Shown here one piece after another: positions 25,141-34,115 of a stretch of DNA of 52,623 nucleotides. A program made the position numbers and the translations under genes. The stretch is from IMG/VR virus record IMGVR_UViG_3300044730_000687, positions 1-52,623 of that record; one strand, 5' to 3'. The notes beneath the pieces are model-generated. The model saw only the letters and a list, made by a program, of their open reading frames with translations, was not told where the DNA came from and searched no databases. Position 1 is the first letter of the stretch. Each line of letters begins with the position of its first letter. This DNA comes from a virus (lineage: Duplodnaviria; Caudoviricetes).

Positions 25141-28100
25141 ACCAGCTCGATCTTGATGCTGGATGTTGCGGTGGCCAGCAACGTAATGCTCCACCTGTAC
25201 TCCGGGCCGGCAGTGCAACCGTTGGATGAATAGAACAAGTTTGAGTAACTATCGATTGCTGGTGCCGTAAAGCTGCTTCCTGCAATATCGCAAACTGTTT
25301 CTTCAAGCAGGTAGATTGGTGGAAACGTTAACCAATGACTTCCATCGATGGGCCATTTCTGCCCTGCACAATCCTCGGCAAGTCCGAAGTCGTCCGTTGG
25401 AACTCTTGCGATGATGCCGTGTCTTTTGATGATGCTTGTTAGAACTCGTGGATCTGATTCGAATTGATCTCTCCACGACTCTGGAATTGCGTTCACCAAG
25501 TCGTCGTCCATTGGTGCAAACCTGAACTTCACGGCATCTCGGCTTGTCGTCAAAATCCAATCCGATCCGTCGCACGTACCGTTTAGTAGTGCTGAGCTGA
25601 TTATTTCGTGCCCTCCACCTGCCGGCTCCCACGTCGCCGCGTCCAGAACCGGTTGCGGGATCGGGAACGCTGCATGTTCGTACCAAACTTCGCCCGGAGT
25701 TCCGCATGTCACGGGAGTTCCGTCCCCCGCCAGTGCCGTGATGCTTTCGTCGATGTCCGCCGTCGCGACCGCTTTCTCCGCGTTGCACGGAATCATCACG
25801 CGCACCGTATCGAGCGCATTGATCCCGTTCGCAAACTGATTGAACACGTATGCCATGGCTTCCGTGTTGGGCAATGGTCCGTGCCCCTCGCGGTTGTCCT
25901 GTGTGTCGGTCCAGACAAACGTGTTGAGCCAACGATTTCCAATGGCCTTCAGGCAGAACGATTGCCAAGTGAAGTCGAACAACGAGATTGTGCCTTCCTC
26001 GCACGCATAGTCCTTGGTTGTCTCGCCGTCCACGTAGCCCTCGCACATCGCCCGCAGGTAAAGCTCCATCTGGGCAAATGGATCGTGGTCGAAGTAGCTC
26101 TTGGCCGGACTTGTCGGTGTGTATCGGCCGTCTTGGTACGGTTCAGGAATCAGCTTGGTCAGTCGGAAAGTCGGATAGCACGTTGACCATGGAGCGTCAG
26201 TCAATGTCTCAAGACTTCCGTTGCTCGATTGATCGCCGATCTTGAACACCGGCACCTCTCCGGTTGACTGATACAGAATGTACTCGCGCAGTCCGTTCTC
26301 GATTGATCTGTACGGTTCGGCCTGCAATGCCGCCACGTCCCATCCGGTGCAATCCTCGTCAATCGTCGCGTCCGCCTCGTCGCAATGGTGCAGCCTGCTT
26401 TTCAGCGTCACCTTCAGGATCTCGTCATTGCCTGTGCCTTGCTCCCACTCGACCGATTCAATCTCTAGATCCGGTTCATAGATTCGGCATGACTTGTAAA
26501 AATTCGCCCTGTCCTCGATGCAAACCGTGTCCAGCGGATCGCACGTAATGCCGTTGGCGTTGAGGAACCCAAAGAAAGCCGATCCTCCCAGGTCCGCGTA
26601 GTTGTATCCCGAAGGACTCTCCGGATACCGGACCCTTCCGCTGGCAGTCTGGCCGAACGCGAAGTGTTTCCTGAGTGACGCATCCCCTCCGACGTCCAAT
26701 GCGTCAACGTGGCATCTGTTCTGGATCGGGAAGTAGTCTGCCACGACGGACGGTTTCCAGATTGAGTTTTCATCGTTTCGGAACGGTTTGAACTCGACGC
26801 CAAGAAGCCAGCGATTCGAGACGCCTCCGTAAGGTGCCGTCAGCCTGATCCCATCCGCCTCCCACGCTTCCCCGCTGTATTCGGTCGCACCCAACACCCC
26901 AAGGAACCGTTGACCGTTCGCGTACGTGGCCCCGTTGTAGACCGCGCCTGCCGCCGTCCTGCATTCGTACCAGACGCCCGGCAGGATGTCGCCCGACACG
27001 ATCCGGTCCACGGCAGGACCGATCCCGTCCCACGCATCCGGAGCCGCACCCGCAATCCCCGTCACGCGACGGCGGAACCACAGGATGCTCTTGCCGTCCT
27101 GCACCGCGTAGGCGTTCGGCGTCCAGAACTCTTGTCGTCGAATCAACCGCACGCACTTGGAGAACCTCCTGGCCGCGTCCCATATCGCGCTTCGGTTCAC
27201 GGCCGAATACTTCGGTTCGATGTCGCCCTTACCATTGATGTTCCAAAGACATCCCGTGTTGAAGTAGCCGTCCCCGATTTCCTTCGCGGCAGTCTCGTTT
27301 ATCCCGACGCCGTCCGGGGTTCCGGTGCTGGCCGATGCGACGCGCAGAAACACCGAGTAATCGTGGACGCTTGGCCTGTACCTCATCAGCTCAAGAAACT
27401 CGATATTGAGCAGTCCGTTTGCCCCTTCAAACACCAACGCGCTCGTCAGTCGGCAGTGAAGCCCTACCGGCGTAAAGTCCTCGGTTTCGATCCAGACGAC
27501 CGTATCCCCATCGCCTGCCGGTATCGTGATGGTCCGCCACGATTCGTTCTCGGTTCCGTGCTGCAACTCGATTGTCGCTGTGTTGAGCACTCGCACCCAT
27601 TGCACGCGATACCCAGCCAACACCGTCCCGCTTGCCCACGACTTCGTCAGCCCTCCGATGTTCCATGGAAGGTCCTGCCCGCTCACCGTGTTCTTCGTGG
27701 TCTCGACAAAAGGATAAGTCGCCGACACAAGCCCGCCCGTTTCGGTCCCGGCGGCCGGTGCGAGCCGATACTGCGTCGTGCAAAACCGATGGAAGTCGAA
27801 CGCATGACCAAGATGGTAATTCCGTTCCGCTCGTTGCCCCGTGCTACCTCGATACTCCCGCGCAAACGTGTTGAGCATTCGCGAAATCCCTTCCGCGTCC
27901 TGCTTCATCAGTCGCGTCTCGCCCGTGTACGGTCCTTCGACCCAATCCTGTGTGTTCAGAATGTCAATCGTCCCATCGTTCAGCACGACGTAATAGGCCC
28001 ACGGCAACGACACGATTGCCGCCACGTCGGTCGCGTTCTCACTGCAACTTCCGGAATAGGTCGTGGTGCTTCCGTCCGCCAGTGACGTGAACTTGAATAG

Positions 28101-28703
28101 GTAGTTTGCTTCCGCTGCATCCGCACAGTCTGACCCAAGCTCCGGAGTCGGCGCATACCCTCCGTAGCTGTTGCCATGCGGACTCGTGCGCGAGTTCCTT
28201 ATTCGCCAGTGCGCCCTGGCGGCGTTGAACGATGGCGACGCCATCCCGCCAGTGTCCGGGTCCCACGCGCCACGCTGTTGCTTCGCCAACTCCCACGCAT
28301 CGCCTGCCGTCGGTTCCGTCACGCTCCAAGGGAACTCCGCCAACCTCGTCGCTTCATCGTCCAGTCCATACGCCTCGGCCCCGAACACGAACGCATTCAT
28401 CACGCTCGCAAGGTTCGCCCCTTCCGCTTCCCCTGGTCCAGCTAATGGCCATTCGTACTCGGTTGGATCGACGTGCTGGTACACCTCGAAGAACTCGCCC
28501 ATGGACGGGAATGCTGTGCCTGCCTCGTCGCTGTTCCGCACCTGCCGAAACAGCGCGAACCAATAGAAGAAGACTCGCCACGGGCCATCGCCTAGCCCAC
28601 TGACGAGTCTATCGTTGAACGCCGACGCAAGCTTTGCGAACTGCTCGGCCGTTATCGGGTCGCCAGTCTCAACGGTCGGTGCCCGCGTGAAAGTGACGGA
28701 CAT
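25137..28703 (-). CDS. Large putative tail tip/virion protein (1188 aa)
   Basis: Size and position at the distal end of the tail module; no signal peptide; no family recognised. Confidence 0.75.
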   Translation of the reverse strand: MSVTFTRAPTVETGDPITAEQFAKLASAFNDRLVSGLGDGPWRVFFYWFALFRQVRNSDEAGTAFPSMGEFFEVYQHVDPTEYEWPLAGPGEAEGANLASVMNAFVFGAEAYGLDDEATRLAEFPWSVTEPTAGDAWELAKQQRGAWDPDTGGMASPSFNAARAHWRIRNSRTSPHGNSYGGYAPTPELGSDCADAAEANYLFKFTSLADGSTTTYSGSCSENATDVAAIVSLPWAYYVVLNDGTIDILNTQDWVEGPYTGETRLMKQDAEGISRMLNTFAREYRGSTGQRAERNYHLGHAFDFHRFCTTQYRLAPAAGTETGGLVSATYPFVETTKNTVSGQDLPWNIGGLTKSWASGTVLAGYRVQWVRVLNTATIELQHGTENESWRTITIPAGDGDTVVWIETEDFTPVGLHCRLTSALVFEGANGLLNIEFLELMRYRPSVHDYSVFLRVASASTGTPDGVGINETAAKEIGDGYFNTGCLWNINGKGDIEPKYSAVNRSAIWDAARRFSKCVRLIRRQEFWTPNAYAVQDGKSILWFRRRVTGIAGAAPDAWDGIGPAVDRIVSGDILPGVWYECRTAAGAVYNGATYANGQRFLGVLGATEYSGEAWEADGIRLTAPYGGVSNRWLLGVEFKPFRNDENSIWKPSVVADYFPIQNRCHVDALDVGGDASLRKHFAFGQTASGRVRYPESPSGYNYADLGGSAFFGFLNANGITCDPLDTVCIEDRANFYKSCRIYEPDLEIESVEWEQGTGNDEILKVTLKSRLHHCDEADATIDEDCTGWDVAALQAEPYRSIENGLREYILYQSTGEVPVFKIGDQSSNGSLETLTDAPWSTCYPTFRLTKLIPEPYQDGRYTPTSPAKSYFDHDPFAQMELYLRAMCEGYVDGETTKDYACEEGTISLFDFTWQSFCLKAIGNRWLNTFVWTDTQDNREGHGPLPNTEAMAYVFNQFANGINALDTVRVMIPCNAEKAVATADIDESITALAGDGTPVTCGTPGEVWYEHAAFPIPQPVLDAATWEPAGGGHEIISSALLNGTCDGSDWILTTSRDAVKFRFAPMDDDLVNAIPESWRDQFESDPRVLTSIIKRHGIIARVPTDDFGLAEDCAGQKWPIDGSHWLTFPPIYLLEETVCDIAGSSFTAPAIDSYSNLFYSSNGCTAGPEYRWSITLLATATSSIKIELV

Positions 28704-28706
28704 GCC

Positions 28707-29078
28707 TCACACCTGCGAAATCCAGAATTGAACCGCGACGGCTGCCGTATTCGCCCTTCCGTACAGACTTGCCGAAGGAACGCCGGCAAGCTGGCAGAAC
28801 TCCCCGGCCGCAAGCTTCGACAGCAAATGCGAGTTTCCGCTGTCCTTGAAAATCTCCACGTAGTTCGTCGAGTCCAAGTTCTTGATCGTGATGTGGACGT
28901 CGCCAGTGATGTCGGTCGTGTTGAAGCTCAACGCCTCGTTCGACGTTCCGATTGCTTGGGTCGTGGTCCCCATGTACGTGCCGGCCATGTCGCTGGTCTT
29001 GGACAGTGTTCCGGTGCTGATTGCGGCTCCGCCTTTCGATACAGTGAACGCCGCTGACCGTGTGAATTCGTTTGCCAT
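28707..29078 (-). CDS. Small beta-rich virion protein
   Basis: IKNLDSTNYVEI...L.AGE pattern; tail module. Confidence 0.75.
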   Translation of the reverse strand: MANEFTRSAAFTVSKGGAAISTGTLSKTSDMAGTYMGTTTQAIGTSNEALSFNTTDITGDVHITIKNLDSTNYVEIFKDSGNSHLLSKLAAGEFCQLAGVPSASLYGRANTAAVAVQFWISQV

Positions 29079-29096
29079 ATTGTGCCTTGATCGTTG

Positions 29097-29297
29097 TTAG
29101 CCCCACCTTGGAATCGTGCTGCTCGCACTCGTTGCCGGTTGCTGTTTCGTGTTACGCAACGCCCTTACCACCGTTCCGCGTGTCGTCGTGTCGGTCAGTG
29201 TCGTTGACGTTCGAGCTACCGTCGTCCGCATTCCGACGGCCTGTTGCAACTCGCGAATCGCTCGCGGAAACTTTCCGGTGCCTTTGATGTCTTCCAT
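29097..29297 (-). CDS. Hypothetical tail-module protein
   Basis: Position in the tail module. Confidence 0.55.
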   Translation of the reverse strand: MEDIKGTGKFPRAIRELQQAVGMRTTVARTSTTLTDTTTRGTVVRALRNTKQQPATSASSTIPRWG

Positions 29298-29300
29298 AGA

Positions 29301-30200
29301 TCACCCGTCGATTGCCGTGCCAAGCGCAAAGATGTTCCAAGTCTCGGCCCACCACCACTGCGTTTTGACCGTGAGCTTGTCGCCGTCCGTCGTGACTGTC
29401 GGTGTCTTCTTCATGTAAACCCCATCAGGGATCGCATCCAGCTTGTTCTGCGGAACACCAGCAACGTTCAGCATGTAGCTCCGGGTATGCACGCGATTCG
29501 TGTTTGCCGTCACGCCGCGCAACGAGGAGTTCGTGGGGCCGGTCGCCGTGTGCTCCAACACGTACTGACTCACGGGGAACTTCTCGACGCCCGAAATGAG
29601 TGCTCCGATCAGTCCAATCAAGTTCAGCACGTCGAACGCATGCACGGTTCCAGGCGCTAGAGTCGTGGCTGCCGTAGCCAGCGTCAGAATCTCCGTCATG
29701 GTCAGATTGATTTCGTAGTCCGTACCCGCCGTGTCCTTGTAGGCAAACGTCGTGTTGCCTCGAATGTAGGCGTCAATCGCTGACCGAAGCACAACCGCGT
29801 TATGCACGCCGGCCGTTGTTCCGCCCTGCGCCTTCACCGCCTCCATGATGTACTGAATCTCAGGCTTCTCCCACAGGTCCTTTTCCAGCTCGTTCCCGAG
29901 AATGTTCCAGACGTTCGTGATGAAGTTGTCGGGCGTTACTGCCGGCGCTCCTGTCGCAGGATCAATCGCGCTCGATTCTGCCGTGAGCGCGTGCATGTCG
30001 CCACCCGACTTCGACATGATCCGGACGGGGGACCATCCTGCCGCAATCTTCGCATCTGCCTCCGCCTTGATCTCGGCTGCCCTACCGTTCGCACGATACG
30101 TCGCGGACCATCCTGCCTCCCGCGTGTAAACCATTTCGAGCGGCTCCGCGTTGATCGGGGCTGCTCCGCCTTCCGTTGTCCAAACAGGTGCGTCGGGCAT
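29301..30200 (-). CDS. Putative distal tail/hub protein
   Basis: Immediately downstream of the tape measure gene. Confidence 0.65.
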   Translation of the reverse strand: MPDAPVWTTEGGAAPINAEPLEMVYTREAGWSATYRANGRAAEIKAEADAKIAAGWSPVRIMSKSGGDMHALTAESSAIDPATGAPAVTPDNFITNVWNILGNELEKDLWEKPEIQYIMEAVKAQGGTTAGVHNAVVLRSAIDAYIRGNTTFAYKDTAGTDYEINLTMTEILTLATAATTLAPGTVHAFDVLNLIGLIGALISGVEKFPVSQYVLEHTATGPTNSSLRGVTANTNRVHTRSYMLNVAGVPQNKLDAIPDGVYMKKTPTVTTDGDKLTVKTQWWWAETWNIFALGTAIDG

Positions 30201-30201
30201 G

Positions 30202-31332
30202 TTACCTCCAGCTCGTTTCCATCACGCTGGCAATTCGTCGATTCAGGTCGAGGCTTTGCTGCGCCACGTCCAGTTGCCTTCGTTGCACGTCAAGATTCGA
30301 TTGTGCGCCCCCTATGAAAAGGCCGATCCGTTGAAGCGCATCACTCGCCGGTCTTGCTGCCGCCTGTGACGCCGTCGCACCACCACCGCGCAACCCTTCC
30401 ACGTCAGCGGAACGTCCCGCCCTGGCTCTCCGTTCGGCCCTGGTTCGCGCTCGGTCCTGTTCGTCGTTCCGCTGCATTTGCTGGACGGCTTCGTCCGTGC
30501 TGTCCAATGCGCCTCGCGTTCCTCCAAGCCCCTTGTAGAACTCGGGATCTTTTCTCGCGTCGTAAGCCGTGATTGCCCCTTGGATGATTCGCTCGGTGAA
30601 GTTGACGCCTTTCTCCCACATTGAAATGACGCTTCCAACGACGCCAGCAAACCCGGCCTTCGCCTTTGCTGCCAGAATTCCAAACCTGTCGCCAACGTCG
30701 TCCAGTTGCTCGATCACTTCCGAGTCAATAATCGTCCCGAAGTCCACGGCTTCCTGTGCCAGCCCTGAGAACCCTTCGCGCAACATTGGGAGAACCTCGG
30801 ACCCCGACCTGCCAAGCAAAGCCATTGCCGCGCTCAACTCGGTCGCGTTGCCTGTCCCGTTCTCGATTGCGTTGCCAACCCGCACCCACAAGTCTTCCGC
30901 GTTCATGCTGCGAAGTTCTTGGACCGATATGCCAAGCTTTCGAAACGCATTCGCATCTTCGCCGCCACGATTCCCGACCGCCGCAACCTGCGACCGTTGC
31001 AGTTCACGAAACGCCGCCGTCGAAGCCCTCAGCGATGTCCCGGTTTTCTCGCCAGCGTACGCCAGCTTCTGCATGAAGTCGGTCGAAGCTCCGACCCGCT
31101 GGCTCATGTCGTTGATGCTCGATCCAAACTCAACAACCGACCGCACTTGATTCGCGAGGTAATCGACCGAGAACACCGCTGCCATTTGGGCTCCAATCCC
31201 GCGAATTGCGCTTGCCGGCAACTCGTTGATTGCCTTCCGGATCTTCCCAATCTCTCCGACCGCAGCCCTGGCAGCCGCGCCAAACCCCTCGTCGTTCCCA
31301 CGGAATCCTACTGTGAATTGCTCGTCAGACAC
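30202..31332 (-). CDS. Tail tape measure protein (short, 376 aa)
   Basis: Helical Ala/Gly-rich; MQKLAYAGEKTG, AFRKLGIS..EL, ALLGRSGSEVLPML. Confidence 0.85.
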   Translation of the reverse strand: MSDEQFTVGFRGNDEGFGAAARAAVGEIGKIRKAINELPASAIRGIGAQMAAVFSVDYLANQVRSVVEFGSSINDMSQRVGASTDFMQKLAYAGEKTGTSLRASTAAFRELQRSQVAAVGNRGGEDANAFRKLGISVQELRSMNAEDLWVRVGNAIENGTGNATELSAAMALLGRSGSEVLPMLREGFSGLAQEAVDFGTIIDSEVIEQLDDVGDRFGILAAKAKAGFAGVVGSVISMWEKGVNFTERIIQGAITAYDARKDPEFYKGLGGTRGALDSTDEAVQQMQRNDEQDRARTRAERRARAGRSADVEGLRGGGATASQAAARPASDALQRIGLFIGGAQSNLDVQRRQLDVAQQSLDLNRRIASVMETSWR

Positions 31333-31951
31333 GTCGTGCTCCCATGGGTTCGGGTTTTGGAATCGGGATCTCGCCTGACTTCAGCTTCTCGATTGTCTCG
31401 GCCTGTGCGTCGTGGACCGATGACCAAATCCGAATGGTCCCGACTTCTTCCATTGCCTCCAGGCGATCCAGAATGGACATGGCAACCGGAGTATCCATCG
31501 CTTCGTCAATCGTCTTGCGAAACGCGGACCGCTGGTGAGCGATCAGGATGTGAACATTCTCCGCGCCCCTCACACCTCCCGACCGGCACCCGTCACCTTT
31601 GAACGTCTGGGGACATCGCCACGCCGCCCGGAAGTAACGCAATGCCGCACCGTTGTCCTCGCGCTCGCAGTCGATTCGCTTCGCCAGCATCCATTTCAGC
31701 CACCAGCGAACCCGCTTTCCGTTCACTCGACTCGCCGCAACGCGCCAGTCCATCGAACACACGTATACGGCAAGCAACGTCTGTTCGTGCTTCAGTTCGA
31801 CTTCTTCCTCGGCACCAAAAGGCGAGTCCAACCGCTTCAGCAAAAGCGCATGTCCAAGCGTCAACTGTTTCAGTTCGACGCCGGCAACCCGGTGCCTGTC
31901 GGGAAAGACTGCGGCACCGTAGTCGGATCGAAATGGACGTGTGCTGCTCAC
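31325..31951 (-). CDS. Putative tail assembly chaperone
   Basis: Between the tail tube and tape measure genes; GVELKQLTLGH..LL. Confidence 0.65.
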   Translation of the reverse strand: MSSTRPFRSDYGAAVFPDRHRVAGVELKQLTLGHALLLKRLDSPFGAEEEVELKHEQTLLAVYVCSMDWRVAASRVNGKRVRWWLKWMLAKRIDCEREDNGAALRYFRAAWRCPQTFKGDGCRSGGVRGAENVHILIAHQRSAFRKTIDEAMDTPVAMSILDRLEAMEEVGTIRIWSSVHDAQAETIEKLKSGEIPIPKPEPMGARRV

Positions 31952-31953
31952 GA

Positions 31954-32400
31954 TCAGGTCACCACAGCCAATGATGCCGGGGTGTCGCCATGCCTGGACA
32001 GCGGAAGCGTCAACTCCCAGTAGCCTCCCGCCTCGCCATTCAGCGAACCGCCGCCGTCGTAGTTCCACGTCCCATTGATTAGCGTCCCGTTCGTGCTGTC
32101 GAAGTTCGCCAGCGTCACGATTCCAAGCATGGTCGGAAACTGCCCAAGCTTCAGAGCTTCGGCCATCGTCGGGCTCCCGGCCGTCATCTGCACCAACGCC
32201 CGAATCGTGATCTTGTGCTTTCGATCACGCCCGGTTCGCGTCTTGGTGTAACCGTACGAATTGCGCGCCTCGTCAATCGTGAACTCGTCACTCAGACCAA
32301 AGCCTTGCGGGTCCGTCACGGTCGTGGCGCTTCCCGTGAAAGCCAGCGTTGAACCGTCGATTCCGTATGCGGCTACTACGCCTGTCATTACCTTTGCCAT
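31954..32400 (-). CDS. Putative major tail (tube) protein
   Basis: Thr/Gly-rich beta protein in the canonical position. Confidence 0.65.
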   Translation of the reverse strand: MAKVMTGVVAAYGIDGSTLAFTGSATTVTDPQGFGLSDEFTIDEARNSYGYTKTRTGRDRKHKITIRALVQMTAGSPTMAEALKLGQFPTMLGIVTLANFDSTNGTLINGTWNYDGGGSLNGEAGGYWELTLPLSRHGDTPASLAVVT

Positions 32401-32413
32401 ATCGTGTCCTTTT

Positions 32414-32881
32414 TTAGACCGTCGTTCCCGTAATCTTCAACTTTGCCACAAGTTGCACGTCATAGACGAGCCATGGCGTTTGCGATTCCAACGTAATGGC
32501 CGTCGAAGCTCCTTCGAACACGGCCCACGGACTCTCGGTCATGTGCGCATGGTCCAGTGTCGCCAGCACTTCCTCGGCGACGCGCAAAGCCGTCCAATGC
32601 GACACACGACTTGTCCCCCTGTGAATCTTGACCGACTCAAACACCTTGATCGCGCAGGCCACTTCGCGCAAGACGTGGTTCACGCGCACCATCGTTGGCG
32701 TCGAGATGAAAGCGGCAATCCCATCTCGCGACAAACGCTTGTCTATCTCGCTTTCAAAGTCGCCTTCGTCCTCCGTGATAAATGCGACTTTCTCCGCCAT
32801 CCAACGAGCATCGTTTTGCAAAGTGCTTTGCATCCACGTCTGCACTGACCTCATGACGCCTGTCTCGGGTTCACGTACCAC
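32414..32881 (-). CDS. Putative tail terminator/completion protein
   Basis: Position upstream of the tube gene; about 150 aa. Confidence 0.55.
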   Translation of the reverse strand: MVREPETGVMRSVQTWMQSTLQNDARWMAEKVAFITEDEGDFESEIDKRLSRDGIAAFISTPTMVRVNHVLREVACAIKVFESVKIHRGTSRVSHWTALRVAEEVLATLDHAHMTESPWAVFEGASTAITLESQTPWLVYDVQLVAKLKITGTTV

Positions 32882-33149
32882 GGTTTGCCTCCTTCACGTC
32901 CTTGGCGTCTTGAAGGTCGCCGTTCAACAGGCTCCGGAACGATCCGCATGCCGCACCAATTAGCGCCGCGATCAAAATTGCCAAATCGTAGGCGTATTGC
33001 ACGGGATGCTGAACCATGGCGTTGAACCGTTCCGCTCCCACTTGGGACAACCATGCCGTTACGACGGCTGACAAAGCAATCCCCTCATACGTGATCAGCG
33101 TCAGAACCGCCCACTGCCATCGATTGACGAAGTTTCCTAAGGCTTTCAT
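32871..33149 (-). CDS. Holin-like membrane protein
   Basis: 92 aa, two hydrophobic segments, charged C-terminus. Confidence 0.6.
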   Translation of the reverse strand: MKALGNFVNRWQWAVLTLITYEGIALSAVVTAWLSQVGAERFNAMVQHPVQYAYDLAILIAALIGAACGSFRSLLNGDLQDAKDVKEANRGT

Positions 33150-33763
33150 GTCGCGTATGGGGTCCCGTCGTTGTCTTCCTGCGCTTCTCCAAGCTTGTGC
33201 GGAGCCACCTTTTCGACGACCCCAAACATCCGCAGGATCTTCCCGTCTCTGTTTTTGCTGACGTAGGTGTGGGCCTTCGCGATGAATCGCTCGCCGGTCT
33301 TTCTGTTGTGAACTCTGTAGGTTTCAAGCCACGGCATGCTTCCATTCAATGCGGCTCGCCAGTTGTTTGCTACCCGACTTCGCTCCTTGGCCCCTTCCAT
33401 TCCCTCAAGCCATCCGTTTCCGAGCATGCTGTGCGCGTCGAGACCGAACATGTCCGCAAGTGTTCTCGAAACGTACACGCAGTTCCCAATCTGGTCGCAT
33501 TCAAACGTTGCATCTCCTCCGCAGAAGTCAGCCCTGACTCGCTGGCCATCGCGCAACACCACGAGATCATCCTCAATAGCTGTAACCCGATCGGGAAGCG
33601 TCATGCCGCCGCTGCCAATGATCGCACTGTGAATCGCCGTCAGTTTCCGAATGCTGCTCCAAACCCATACAGCGGCACCTCCGACAACAGGATAGACAGA
33701 CACCACAACGAACTGCTTTACAAGCTCGGAACCGAATGCGTGCTGTAGAAATTCGGCGATCAT
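33146..33763 (-). CDS. Membrane-anchored PAS-domain protein
   Basis: TM helix, GSGGMTLPDRVTAIE linker, then FECDQIGNCVYVS..LADMFG...LGNGW...RV..NW..AL...YRV...RDGKILRMFGVV (PAS_3/PAS_4-like). Confidence 0.85.
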   Translation of the reverse strand: MIAEFLQHAFGSELVKQFVVVSVYPVVGGAAVWVWSSIRKLTAIHSAIIGSGGMTLPDRVTAIEDDLVVLRDGQRVRADFCGGDATFECDQIGNCVYVSRTLADMFGLDAHSMLGNGWLEGMEGAKERSRVANNWRAALNGSMPWLETYRVHNRKTGERFIAKAHTYVSKNRDGKILRMFGVVEKVAPHKLGEAQEDNDGTPYAT

Positions 33764-33782
33764 ATTTGTTGGTCTTTTGAAA

Positions 33783-34115
33783 TTACTCGCGAGTCAGGTT
33801 GCGAACTACAACGGTGAGAACGTTCTCCAACCGTGCAATTCGTTCGTCGCGCGTTCCTGTTCCAAAATCCCGAACGACCCTCCGTTGCTTTTCCAGTCGG
33901 GTATTGTCGTCGCGATTATCCTCCTCCTTTTTGAGTTGGGCCAATTCTTCAGGCAGCAACTCCCTTCCGCCAATCCAAAGCCACGTTGTGCCGTTGTATG
34001 AACAATTGGAAACAACCCACGTCGGACAATCAATATAGCCGTCCGGTGGAACATCTCCGCTGTAAATCTGTGTGGAGATGACTAGCGAGTCCTTGAGCAG
34101 CGCGGAGTTTTTCAT
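33783..34115 (-). CDS. Hypothetical protein (possible fibre chaperone)
   Basis: Coupled to the GH gene; C-terminal RIARLE coiled coil. Confidence 0.6.
   Translation of the reverse strand: MKNSALLKDSLVISTQIYSGDVPPDGYIDCPTWVVSNCSYNGTTWLWIGGRELLPEELAQLKKEEDNRDDNTRLEKQRRVVRDFGTGTRDERIARLENVLTVVVRNLTRE

Noticed and set aside
28725-28740. 16-nt perfect complement to intergenic 47766-47781 (possible trans antisense pairing)
   Set aside because: About one 16-mer match is expected by chance in a 52-kb genome; there is no supporting structure.
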